From Camelus ferus (lineage: Eukaryota): DNA of 64,000 nt. Both the position numbers and the translations under genes were made by a program. Below are positions 1 to 11,210 of the stretch, piece by piece; position 1 is the stretch's first letter; each line of letters opens with the position of its first letter. The notes under the pieces were generated by a model that did no database searches, was not told the DNA's origin, and worked only from the letters and a program-made list of their open reading frames with translations. Location of the stretch: the NCBI RefSeq assembly GCF_009834535.1, contig NC_045696.1:95668001-95732000 (forward strand), read 5' to 3'.

Positions 1-497
1 GCTCATTCTAGATGTGAGTCACTCTCTCAAGATAAAGCTTTTCTTGTAAATCATCCCACTGCTTACCAAAAAAAAAAAAAAAAAAAAAGTGTGTATGGGT
101 AGAAAAACTGTGATTTTCCCTCCAAAAGGGAAAAAAGAATAATTAACCCAATACATTTTGATATTACCACTTCATTCCTCTTAGTTGCGGATTTTATATT
201 AATATATTTTAAATTTTACTATTTAATCAAGAGTAGCAAGACTAATGAACTTAATATGTTTCCATGCACTGACAATCAAATTGTGATCATAAAATGCCAG
301 ATGGCACACTCATCATAAAAACAGTGCATTCACTTTCGTTTAGTCTTGTTCTGGGTTCCTGGTAGGTGCTTTGTGTTCGATAACTTTGGAATTTTTGTAG
401 CTATCCTTCATATCTCTCTCTCATACTTTTAAAAGATCTCTTACACATAAGTTCCCTGAGAGCCAAGCTCAAACATGTCTCTCTCTTCATTAAACAT

Positions 498-503
498 TTT
501 ATT
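498..503 (-). terminator. Candidate SUCNR1 polyadenylation signal AATAAA
   Basis: tttatt on + at 498-503, about 620 nt downstream of the stop codon. Confidence 0.45.
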
Positions 504-1125
504 TAGGTTCTATTTAATATGACTCTTTGCATGAAAAACCATACAACAAAAAGGGTCTTAAAATTACAACTTGACCTCAATTTATGATCAATATAAAGAA
601 GTATCATATAAGCATCTTTGAACTTGTTATATTGCTTTCTGTTCATCGTTGTTACTGTTTACCCTAAATTTGCTCAAGAGCACAACTTCTAACAATATTT
701 AATAGCATATGTCTAATCTTCTGTTATTTGGTTCTCACATAAAGCTATACGATTGTATGAATAAAAATAATGTATGGAATGTTGCCAACAATTTTTTTTT
801 GACAATCATACCAATAATTAAATGCAGACAAATTTCTGCTTTATCTATTTTCTATTCCTTTTGCACTGATTGAGAAGGTCTTCTAACACTTAGAATTTTG
901 GACTTACGTGCTCAAACATTAGACAGTGAGAGTACAACTCCTTTCAACTTTCAGGTCAAAAAACCAGTAAATACTTCCCATCCTCTTCTCTTCACACTCC
1001 CTGGGTACAACATGGCTTTAAAACAGGGTCATGTCTGTGACCTTCCCTAATTTACATCTATGAGTTAAATCACACTCTGACTGGCTTACAGATGCCTGTG
1101 TAAAATGATCTGCTACACAAGCACC

Positions 1126-2115
1126 TCACTTTTCCCTGAACAAAAACGTTAGTCCGTGAGCCCATCTTCTAAAGAAAGTAAGGAACCTGAAGTGGTGCCT
1201 CAGTTTGTTCATCAACATCTCCCTGAAGTGATCTCCCATGAGGAAATAGAAGACAGGGTTGATGACACTGTTCAGGAAGGCCAAAGGCCGAGTCATGATG
1301 TACAAGGAGTTGATGATGACCTGAGTGCACGGGGACTGCGTCCAGATCCCCTGGTATGAAGCGATCCTCAGGTTCCGCATGATGTGGTAGGGAGTAAAAA
1401 GCACGGAGAAGATCACAACTGCCATGATGACTAAGTTGAGAGGCTTTTCAAGGGGCAAAGCAGTAGCAAGCTGCCTGCTCCTCTGCTTTAGGAAAAGAGC
1501 AATCTTGAAATAAAAGAAGCACATCACAAACAGAGGAATGAGAAACCCTAAGAAGGTTAGACACATGCCATAAATGAGGCTGTACTTGGGGTCCCCGGAA
1601 CTTGCATAATCAATACAGTTGGTGCCATTCTCAGCTGTATCAGGATTTAAAAGAGGAAGCATGGGCATGAGCTCTAAGGTTACCAAACCCCAAATGGCCA
1701 AAGAGAGTATAACTGCAGACTCTTTCCTTTGCAGGAGGTGTTCCCGGAAAGGATACTTCATGAGCAGGTATCGATCAATGCTGATAAAAGTGAGGAAAAG
1801 AATGCTGGTGTAGAGGTTGGCATGAAGCATGTATCGGTTGCTTATGCACAGCACGTACCCATATGTCCATTTTCCGAGGGCATAATATCTCATCAGCATG
1901 GGAAGGGTACACAAGAAAGCCAAGTCAGAGATTGAGAGGTTAAAGAGATAGATGTTACTGCTGGTCCAGTTCTTCAGACAGGAGAGGTAGCCAAAAACAA
2001 CAGCAGTATTCCCAAAGACTCCCACTATGAACTCAATCCCATAAAAAATGGGAAGGTAGTACTTGTGCAGGGCAGTCTCTGCTGCCTCCCAGTTTTTGCA
2101 AGTTGCATTCCATGC
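1126..2115 (-). CDS. SUCNR1: Succinate receptor 1 (GPR91), main coding exon: 329 codons plus stop, phase-0 acceptor
   Basis: ORF 1126..2025 extends upstream in frame to a polypyrimidine/AG acceptor (ctctctcttctttag|GCATGGAAT) and reads AWNATCKNWEAAETALHKYYLPIFYGIEFIVGVFGN. Class A GPCR motifs are present (GN, LSISD, DRY, FTPYH, NPVFY). The C-terminus LFREK matches recalled mammalian SUCNR1. Confidence 0.97.
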   Translation of the reverse strand, partial: AWNATCKNWEAAETALHKYYLPIFYGIEFIVGVFGNTAVVFGYLSCLKNWTSSNIYLFNLSISDLAFLCTLPMLMRYYALGKWTYGYVLCISNRYMLHANLYTSILFLTFISIDRYLLMKYPFREHLLQRKESAVILSLAIWGLVTLELMPMLPLLNPDTAENGTNCIDYASSGDPKYSLIYGMCLTFLGFLIPLFVMCFFYFKIALFLKQRSRQLATALPLEKPLNLVIMAVVIFSVLFTPYHIMRNLRIASYQGIWTQSPCTQVIINSLYIMTRPLAFLNSVINPVFYFLMGDHFREMLMNKLRHHFRFLTFFRRWAHGLTFLFREK

Positions 2116-2299
2116 CTAAAGAAGAGAGAGAAAGTATAAGAATGAATTACTACACTATGACCAAAGACAAAACTGTGCAGAACATCATCATCATCATCAA
2201 ATTACACTTAACAGTTGAACTACAGAGAGTTGGTTACATTAGTAAGGAGTGTCAATATATACATGTTCATATACATGTATGTCACTAGTACATTATTTT

Positions 2300-2660
2300 A
2301 ACACATATTTATTGAGTTCCTTCTAACAATGTGCTAGACACTGGGGATGACAGCCATGGGTAAAACAAAGTTCCTCTTCTCAAATAATCTATACTCTTTT
2401 GGGGAAAATCAGCAAATAAATAAGTGCATATTATGAAACAATAAAGGGTGTCAGACCTAAGGAAAAGCATGTGCAAACGCCCAGAGGTGGAAACATGCAT
2501 AAAGGACTTGACAAACAGCAAGGAGGCCAAGAGAAATTGCAGTGAAGTGAAGAGTAGAGTTGAATTTATTTTTGTGCCTTCAGGATCAGCTGTGGTCCCT
2601 AGCATATCACAGTTGTTTAACAAATTTTGCTGAATTGAATTTAATTGAACCATAACCTAG
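2300..2660. mobile_element. Two L2 3'-end fragments in opposite orientations in the SUCNR1 intron
   Basis: catattttattgagttcc...gtgctagacactggggat (antisense L2 tail) and aacaaattttgctgaattgaat (sense L2 tail). Confidence 0.6.
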
Positions 2661-2839
2661 AAGAGGAACCTGGGATTTTTATAACTCCAGGCTTGCAATT
2701 TGAATAGCTTTGGTTTTGTTTCCATATTGACAAAAGATTTTAATTATTTTATTAAGTTTAGAAAATATAACTCCAGTTTTAAAACACGATTTTAAAAACT
2801 TAAAATACGAAGCTGAAAATATTAGAAATGACAACACAA

Positions 2840-3080
2840 TAGCCACTCTTTATTGAAAGCTTACAATGTACCTTGCACTGTGCTCACCACTTTCCAAGGA
2901 TTATCTCATTTAATACTCACAGTGACACAAGGAGATGGGGGTTGCTATTACTTTCCCTTTACACACGAAGTCACTGAGCCTTGAAAGGTCATACATTTCG
3001 TAAAAGACCTCTATCATAGCACCTTCTGAATGGGGGCCATGAAAATAAGCAATCTGATTCATTTAGACCTTAAATGTCTT
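2840..3080 (-). mobile_element. MIR SINE relic
   Basis: ttattgaaagcttacaatgtaccttgcactgtgct...atctcatttaatactcac, a MIR core-like sequence. Confidence 0.6.
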
Positions 3081-3899
3081 GCTCAGCTACCACTTTCTCT
3101 CTTATAATGAGGCCACATTGTGGCTGGATAGGATACTTAAAGAACTGACTCTCTTAAAAATGTCTTGGATTGCCATTTTAAAGCATTAAATCCTACTTAT
3201 TTCTAGTAAGGAAAAAGCAAGGCTGAAAATAGAATTTTCTAAAAATTTCCTGTCAAATAGGCTTTGGAATGTTAGTTGCAATCAAATGATTCATATTTTG
3301 GTAAATAGAGCAAAATAAGAAAAAAAAAAGCATCTGAACTGCCTCTTCTGGAAAGCATGCAAAAACTGAGCAGAATTCACTGTAATATAGGCACCTTGAG
3401 AAATTTTATCTACTTTTGTTAAGTTCAAGTGTTTTACTTCAGTTGAAGATCGCTGCGATTTTGGAAGTGTTTTACTTATGAAAATAATTCATGAAATTGT
3501 AGATATAATAAATGCTGTATTTTGATAAGTTATTTTGAATCACTTACTTTAAAACATCCTAAATTCCTCAGAGCCTCTCCTCAAGTCTTTTCATTGCAAC
3601 CTACCACTAAGTCCAACTCTAGAAGAAGCTGGATTGGAACTTCCTCAGGCAGCAGACACACTGGACGCTGCTGAAGAACCAAGCAGACTGGTTTCACTCT
3701 GTCTTTGAGATTATCTGATTGATTCTACTGCTCGCTCACAATGCCAGCAACTTACCACTTCTCAATGTCATACCTCTTCTTCAAACCTTGTCCACCTACT
3801 CGGCCCTACTCATCGTGAGCAGAATGTTTTGCCTGCGAATCCCGAGACAGAGCCCATTCATTGGGTGTCCACTCTCCAGTTCCTGCCTCTGTAATAGTC

Positions 3900-5430
3900 C
3901 TCTCTTTCCTTCCTGTGAAAACAGAGAACATCTGGGCTTACTCTGGATCTAACTCAGCCCCAATTTCTCAAGATTCCTACACATTATCCATCTTGTCTCT
4001 CTCCTGTCTCTTCAGCCTTCTCCATCTCAACTGCATCCTTTCCATTGGCATTTAAACACTCTCATCTTTTCAGTCTTAAAAATAAGGCATAAATGATATA
4101 TAAACTTCTCTCCCTGGTTTCACATGTTTCTCTCCTTGGCATAGCTTGATCTGAAAAAGAACTATCCTCACTAATTGTTTTGACATCCTGACCCCCACTA
4201 CCTCTTCAACCTACTCCAGTTTGGCTTCTGACCTACCACCCCACCAAAATAGCCTTGGTGTTGCTCAATCCAATGGTCACTTTTCAGTCATCTTCTTACT
4301 TCATTTCTCAGCTGTTTTTCATACCAAGGCTTCTGGAAGAACTCTCTTCTTTTGCCTTCTGCGACTTAACAATCTCCTAGTTTTCTTTCTTTCCCCCTGG
4401 TTGTTCTTTCTGGGCTTTTTTGTGACCTAAGCCTTCTTGGCTTAATTGTTAAATGTTGAGTCCCTCAAGGATCAGTATTGAACTCCTTCTTTATCTAGGC
4501 TTTGTCTGGATAATCTCATCCACTTGCTATCTTTAATAGCCATCCACATATCAATCTCTCAGATTCACATCCCAGCCCAGACCTGTCTTTTAAGTTCCAG
4601 TTGTTTACAGTTATGGCCGCTAATTGAGCTCCTGTAGGCACCTCTGCCTCCAGAAATCCTGTACGAGCTCTCCAGCTTCTTTCTCAGTCCGGCTGTAACT
4701 CCACCTAACTCAGTCAAATGGCCACACCCTTTACCCACGTGTTCACCTCAGAAATCTGAGCAACACCCTTGAAGTCATCTGTAGCTTACTTTCAATAACA
4801 AACTAACCATGTCTTGTTGACTATAAGGTCGGGATATTTCTCAAATCTATCACTAGTGCTCCAATTCCTTCATCACCATTCTAGTCCAGGCCACCATCAT
4901 CTTTATTTCAGACTCTATTGTATCCTCCTATTATCTCCTCATCTTCTCTGGTCCCCTTTCAATCTTTTTGATGTGATACTAAACAATCTTAAAGAACTAC
5001 ATTCAAAATTCCAATCATATTCCTGTCCTCAACCAAAACATTTCAAAGATTTTTCACTGCCTAAAGAGTAAAGTCCAAAATTTTTTAGTGAGACTTCAAG
5101 GCCTGCATGGTCTGGCTCCTGTACTCCACTTCAGCCTTGCCTAATATTATCCCCCTCCTTCTCATCTTTCTTCCTGTTCTTGGAATGCACAGAGAACTTT
5201 CTTAGTGTTCAGTTTGTTGAATTTTCTCACTAATCTTTTCCCCCTATGATCACATATTCTGTCTTATATCCATACTTCTTTCAGACCTCAGTTTAAGTGT
5301 GGGTTTCCCAAGATAAGATCTCTGACCACCCCTCAGTCTAATTAGCACCCCCTACCATCATACACTTAGTTTCTTAGCTTTTCTCACAATTTCATCTTAC
5401 TCATAGTTTATCTTCCTCACCTGGTATAGT
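3900..5430 (+). mobile_element. L2 LINE fragment
   Basis: Pyrimidine-rich L2 motifs: ccaatggtcacttttcagtcatc, cccagcccagacctgtc, gtccaggccaccatcatc, cagacctcagtttaagt. Confidence 0.75.
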
Positions 5431-6903
5431 GACTACTGGATAAGTAGATGATCTGTAAAAGCTTGCTCAGTGGAGGGGGGAATATAAACACTTGACAGTC
5501 TACAAAACTTCTTTATAAATATTTCCTTTAAGGTCAGATAAGTGGGAAGTCCACTAAATTAAGCACCTTGTTCTATGTCACTATAAAACCTGACACTACT
5601 TATAGTATGACTAATATTCGAAATTGGCAATTGCAGTAGTGATAGCTGTGATTTAGACATACATTTGTAAAAGGTACATTTTAATATATATCTTCTAGGA
5701 TCAATTTAAAAAATTAAAGTTAACTAAAAACTTGAGGAATTTATAATAAACCTCAGAAAATCTAGGACATGTATGTACCAAAATATTAATAGTTTTAGCC
5801 CTAGTGATGAGATTCCAGATAATTTTTATTGTCCTTTCTCCTTTTGGTTTGCCTGGACTTTCTATATATTTCCTCCAAATCAGCATGCATAATATTAAAA
5901 ATTCCTATAAATACAGCAAAATGTTAATGGTCTTTTAAAAAATAATAATTGGCTTTATTTTTTAGATTAATGGTAATTTTCAATATCATTTTTTATTCTA
6001 TTCCCAACTACTTCACATTCCACAACTTCTGGAAGTTCTCTCTTCCTTGCCTTCTATGACATGGCAATCTCCTTGCTGTCCTCCTTCATTTCTTTCTGGA
6101 CTCTTTTATAGTCTAATTCTTCTTCACCCAAGCTGTAAATATTGGAGTTCCTCAAGGCTCAATCCTAGGCAACTTTTACTATCTTGGGAATACTCAAAAT
6201 GCTGATGCACACACTCAAACGAATATTAAGACAATAGAAAGTTTCTTTACGACAAGAAACTTGTTTCGTTTTTGAATTTCCTCTTTTTCTAGTTGTAATT
6301 CTTATCTTTCTGCCTAGTCAGTTCTGAAATGTACTGAATTTTGTCAGTAGCTTATGTGTAACAGAAAGGTCTGACTGCCACGGAAGGAAAATATATCCAT
6401 GAAGACCTGTATAACTAGAAGCCAGATTACCAATAGCTACCACTCAGGCAAGTTAAGGGCCATACTGATGCCATGGAGAATTCCTCTGCCTTTGAGTCAT
6501 CCACTGGGTTTGGAGATAAGGAAAGTGGTAGGGACGAAGATTACTGGAAGTGGAATAAGGAAAGTGAAAGACTAACCATGGTCCTACTTCTCAGAGTGGT
6601 TGCTTCATTCTTTTTTCAAAGAATAACTTTTAAAAATACATGTATTATGTAACACTCACTCAGAAAAGGCAGATAGGCAAAAAAAAAGAAATCAAAACCG
6701 TCACCAATCACTCCTGATATTTAATATTATTTATAAAGCATAAAGTTAGGCTGTCTAATATTTACAGGCCAGCTTAACCTCATCAGGACCCACAGTTCTG
6801 AGATTCCAAGTTGGATGATGTTTGTAGCTAAGAGTGTTATTAGTGTGGCCATCACAATTCTACAAATTGATGAAGTAAACTAATCCTTTAAGCAAAATTT
6901 CCA

Positions 6904-6942
6904 ATTTTTCATGAGGGAAGTTCCTCTTCCCTCATGAAAAAT
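6904..6942. repeat. Perfect 17-bp inverted repeat with 5-nt spacer
   Basis: ATTTTTCATGAGGGAAG-ttcct-CTTCCCTCATGAAAAAT. Confidence 0.95.
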
Positions 6943-8154
6943 AAATATTCTCTCTTCTGCTTTCTAGTGGTTATATTTTTAATTTTTAGGAAATAGAAAC
7001 TGTGACAAATAGATCAGCTGGTTTGGATGAATTATTTTTAATGAGTTTTCTTCCTTAGATACTGGCAATTAAAGTGAAATCTTTAATTATATTCTAAAAG
7101 CATACCTAAACCTGTTAGAGATATTAAGCTACAAATAATATTCAATTTACTCACAAAAGCAGATCAGTAGTTCTAATTTTTAATTTGAGAATGTTTCACT
7201 GTAATTGTATTCATTCTTTTAAAAATGCATTTTTGAAACTTAAACTTAAAATATATCTGAGAGTTTATTAGCTTTTAAACTGTTTTTTTCTTATAATCAT
7301 CACAATTAAACAAAGAACATTTATGAAATTTTAATTCTTAACTACTCCTTTAAGGCAAATTTACATAGTAATATGAGTATTTTTAAACAACTTACTTTTT
7401 CATTAATAAACAATTGGAATAAAAATATTTACACTGAAAAGATATAATCATTTAATATTAATGACTTCATTTTTTATGTATTTTTTACATATTCCAGAAA
7501 TTACACCAGAAATCAAAGCACTAAAAAGTGATAATATGGTATCAAATTTGTATTTATGAGTTTCTTTAAAAATACCTCACCAATTATTAAAAGTTCTGGC
7601 AAGTATAATAGGAAGAGTTTCTGCAATTTTCCAGTTTTCCTTGGTGAACTATATTCTTGAATAATGTAATTTTTACAAACATAAATCCTAAATTTCATTT
7701 TTAGAATGCCTTAAAATTTCCTCTAACACATTATTTTCTTAACATGCAAATACTATATATATGATAGTTTGTTTTACACAAACTAGGAATTTTAGGAACT
7801 TTAAACTACTTTCCATAAGTAGTTACATTTATTTAAGTAAATCCAATTACTCTTTTTATAAGTTACCAAGACACTGGCAAATATAATAAACCTCTTCTAA
7901 TAAAATTAATTTAGTATCTGACAATTAAAACAAGACATCTAATCTAATTTTGTAAGAAGTAAATGTAAACAGTTATGACTTCCTTTTAGTTTCTTTTGCT
8001 GTTCTACATGTACTTATAAATGACAGTTCAGATAGTTCATTTAAACATTACTTAAAATCTTAACTGCTCACAGGCCACTTTTAAAAGAAATCCCCAACGG
8101 AAGGTCTGACCTTACTTTATATACCTGGGCAACATGAGTTGCATTACAGCTTAC

Positions 8155-8157
8155 CAT
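8155..8157 (-). CDS. SUCNR1: SUCNR1 initiator ATG at the 3' end of exon 1
   Basis: Minus strand reads TCAAGGGATCGGGGCCTTCCGACAGAATG|gtaagc, a strong donor. Joining it to 2115 gives MAWNATCKNW. It resembles the recalled human/mouse exon 1 ending in CAGAATG. Confidence 0.85.
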
Positions 8158-8230
8158 TCTGTCGGAAGGCCCCGATCCCTTGAAAGAAATTCTTTGCCAG
8201 CAACTTGATGCAGCTTCTGACCCAGTGCTG
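8158..8230 (-). other. SUCNR1: SUCNR1 exon 1 5'UTR (TSS approximate)
   Basis: Lies directly 5' of the ATG|GT donor and resembles the recalled human exon 1. The TSS cannot be fixed from sequence. Confidence 0.6.
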
Positions 8231-8258
8231 TGCTGCTGGCCATACTTAGTGCAGTCTA

Positions 8259-8493
8259 ATTTGCATATCATGCAGCCAAGATTAATAATTCAAAAGTCCA
8301 GGAGAAATTTATTCAGTCAAACCTCAAAGTCAAGATGTCCAAGTAAGGGAACTTCCTGAGAAGTCAAGACACAAAACAAATTACTCATTTCATGGAAAAC
8401 ACATTTAACAAATTTTTTAAAAGACTACTGTTGAAATTATTCCATTCATTAGAAAAACAACAGGGAAGCACTCATTTTCATGTTTATTTGCAT
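8259..8493 (-). promoter_or_regulatory. SUCNR1 proximal promoter motif cluster (2 octamers, kB-like/ETS/STAT6 overlap, GAS)
   Basis: ATTTGCAT at 8259-8266 and 8486-8493; GGGAACTTCC at 8347-8356; TTCCTGAGAA at 8353-8362; TTCATGGAA at 8389-8397. Confidence 0.55.
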
Positions 8494-9289
8494 ATTTAAA
8501 TAATAAGAAAAGGTAAGCACTGTTTATGTTGAGTTTACAGTTGCTTCTGCGTTTTCTTCATTTTTTAAATTCACAAATTTTGATGAATTCTGTATCAAAC
8601 ATGTAATAACTAAACAGCTGTTACCAACAAATTTGAGGGAAGTATAAAACTGAAATTTTGGAGGCAAATCTGGATGCATGCTCTGTCAGTGTACTATCAA
8701 AAGGGATACTAGAGCTTCAGATATTTTCCATTTTATTTTCAGTGACATAAAAATCCAGAGACATAAAAAATACATCAGGTGGCCAGGGATTAGGGAGAAA
8801 GGTGGTGTCTAAGAAAACCTCAACAGAAGGCAATTTATACATCCAAATCGACGATCTGCATAGCACCTGGAAGCACAGTAACACCATTTCAGACAGGAAA
8901 CATCTGTTTTTTTTCTGAGGATTATGTTAGTTTTATATTCAAGTAAACACTCAGTTTGCTTGATTTGAAGCACCGGGGTTGATGCTGAGAAAGTCCCTAA
9001 TTGTGCAGGAAGTAGTAATTTAATTTGAATGCCATAAAAGTTGAATGTTGAGTTGGCAATGACAGGCAGAAGCCCAAAAAGAAACCATTATAGCCAGCCC
9101 CTTTAGCCAAGCATTTCTCTTTCTCCAATACATGAGAACCCAAAACTCAGAAACTTAAAAAATGTATTTTATAAATATATACATGTATGTACTTACATAC
9201 ATATATTCTATACTTAAAAATATATACATGCATGAAATACAAATGTACTTGTAAATGAAATGCATACATATTTATATGAAATAATATCT

Positions 9290-9520
9290 ATATAATTTGT
9301 TGAGTTCTTGTGGTATGCCAGGTATTGCACTAAGCACCTTTACATATTGAATACTTATAAAGATCTTCTGAGGTTACTATTTCAAAACGTTTTCTCACTT
9401 TACAGATTAAAAAAATTGAGGCTCAGAGAGGTTAATTAACTTTCCCAAGGTCACAGAATTAGTAAGGAGAGGGACCTGAGTTTAAACCTATATATTTTGA
9501 TTCTACAAACACCTGCTCTG
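9290..9520 (-). mobile_element. MIR SINE
   Basis: tttacagattaaaaaaattgaggctcagagaggttaattaactttcccaaggtcacag, the MIR core. Confidence 0.85.
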
Positions 9521-10112
9521 ATTCGCGATTGTCTCCAAGATTGAATGACGTATACCACAGATTGAATCAAAGTCTAAAAATTAATGACAACTACTTTTCA
9601 GAAATTTAACTCTATTCTACTTTCAGAAGGAAGACTAAAAACATCATTTTTGTCTACAATTTTGAAAGGGCAAAAAACAAAGCATTTGAATGACCAGTGC
9701 TATGTTAAACATAAATTAACACAGACCCTTTCCAAACAACCAAGGTGTACGGATATATTTCACAGGTTTCTGCCACTATTATGATGAAAGACAAGGGTGA
9801 TTCCCTCTTTGTAGGGTGGTGGGAGTTCCCCAGAGCTTCCTCTTTCTTCTCCCCACATCCTGACCACCATCTCACTCTGGACTGTTAAGATGAAAAGTGG
9901 TCTATACTTCTTCTTTCTCACAGAACCAGTAATCAGACCTGGTAGCCTTGCTTCCCTCCAGAGTCTTACTTCACTGAAGGTCCCACTGCCTTAGGATGCT
10001 CTCAATGGAGAAATCAAATTGATCCTGAGATAGACTCAGTGAGAGTTCTCCAGTGCTTCTGTTCCATTCATAAAGTGAGGCTTTACTGAGGTCTGCAGAA
10101 GGACAGATACAC

Positions 10113-10282
10113 AGGGCCAAGGCCCATGTCATGGATGTCCTACCTTTTAGTCACACAAGGTCCATGCTCTAAAGGACCACTGGACTTAATGCACTACTGT
10201 CACATTCTAATCGGAATTTTTAACTTTTTAACACGGAGCCCTGCAATTTTATTTTGCACTGGACTGGAGCAGTCTTGCCTGT
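10113..10282 (+). mobile_element. MER91A-like hAT-Tip100 non-autonomous DNA transposon
   Basis: cagggcc...cacacaaggtccatgctctaaagg...gagccctgcaattttattttgcactgg follows the recalled MER91 consensus. Confidence 0.6.
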
Positions 10283-10959
10283 GGGAGTACAGATCTCCTA
10301 GGAAATGATTTCTATTCAGCACATAAAATTTCAATGGGGCAATGTTTTGGGGTTTTTTTAAATTTTAGTCTTGTTTAGTTTTGTTTTGTTTTAGAAACAA
10401 TGTGACATGTTGAAATCTACTGGTTGTGGAGAAATGAAACTTTGAAAGACAGTAAAGTTTGCAGTATAATTTACTAAGAAGTAATACAATGTGCTGGTTA
10501 AAGAGCATAGGGCCTGGAGGCAAACTGCCTCCTTTCAGACCTTGGCTTCACCACTTAATAGCTAAATAAATGCTGACTATTATAGAAGTTTATAATAAAT
10601 GAGAAGACTTATTCACAATGGTCATGCCAACATAATGCCATCAGTGTTAGAATATTTGCTCCCCAGGAATATCCATTTGGAAATGACCTTATAAAAGGCA
10701 GCTTCGTGAAAATTCTCATGTGGCTTTGCATGTTCTTTGAAAAGATAACAAAACTTGGTTTCCTTGTAAAGAGGGATAATAATTTCTACCCCATAAACCT
10801 CATAAAGTTCCTAGTATCAAATGAGATAATATGTGAAAATGCAATGGGCTAGGAATGCAAGAGCAGTTCTTATAAACCAGGAGAACTAGTCAGGAAATTG
10901 AAGAGGAAAAAAAAAATGAGGAAGACAGTTAAATAAAAATATTAATTAAATTCAATGTT

Positions 10960-11210
10960 AATAATAACTTAAACATTTTTAAGCACTCTATAACAACACT
11001 CTGGGTGCATTAATTCCTTTAATATTCACAAGAATTTAATGCAGTGCACACTATTACTATCCCTAATTTTAAGATGAAGAAACTAAGGCCAAACAAAGAT
11101 TAAATAATTATCTGCAATCACACAGCTAGTAAATGACTGGTCTATCATTCGAAGTCATGTCTGTTTGACTCCTGAACTCAAGCTTTTGACTGTTATTCTG
11201 TCCCTCTCAT
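10960..11210 (-). mobile_element. MIR SINE
   Basis: ttttaagatgaagaaactaaggcc...tcacacagctagtaaatg. Confidence 0.75.

Noticed and set aside
1126..2025. ORF-track start of SUCNR1 at 2025
   Set aside because: That codon is an internal GTG in TM1; the frame continues to the splice acceptor at 2115.
2309..2653. 114-aa minus-strand ORF MVQLNSIQQ...
   Set aside because: Lies in L2 fragments within the intron; only its first ~21 codons relate to the exon 2 homologue.
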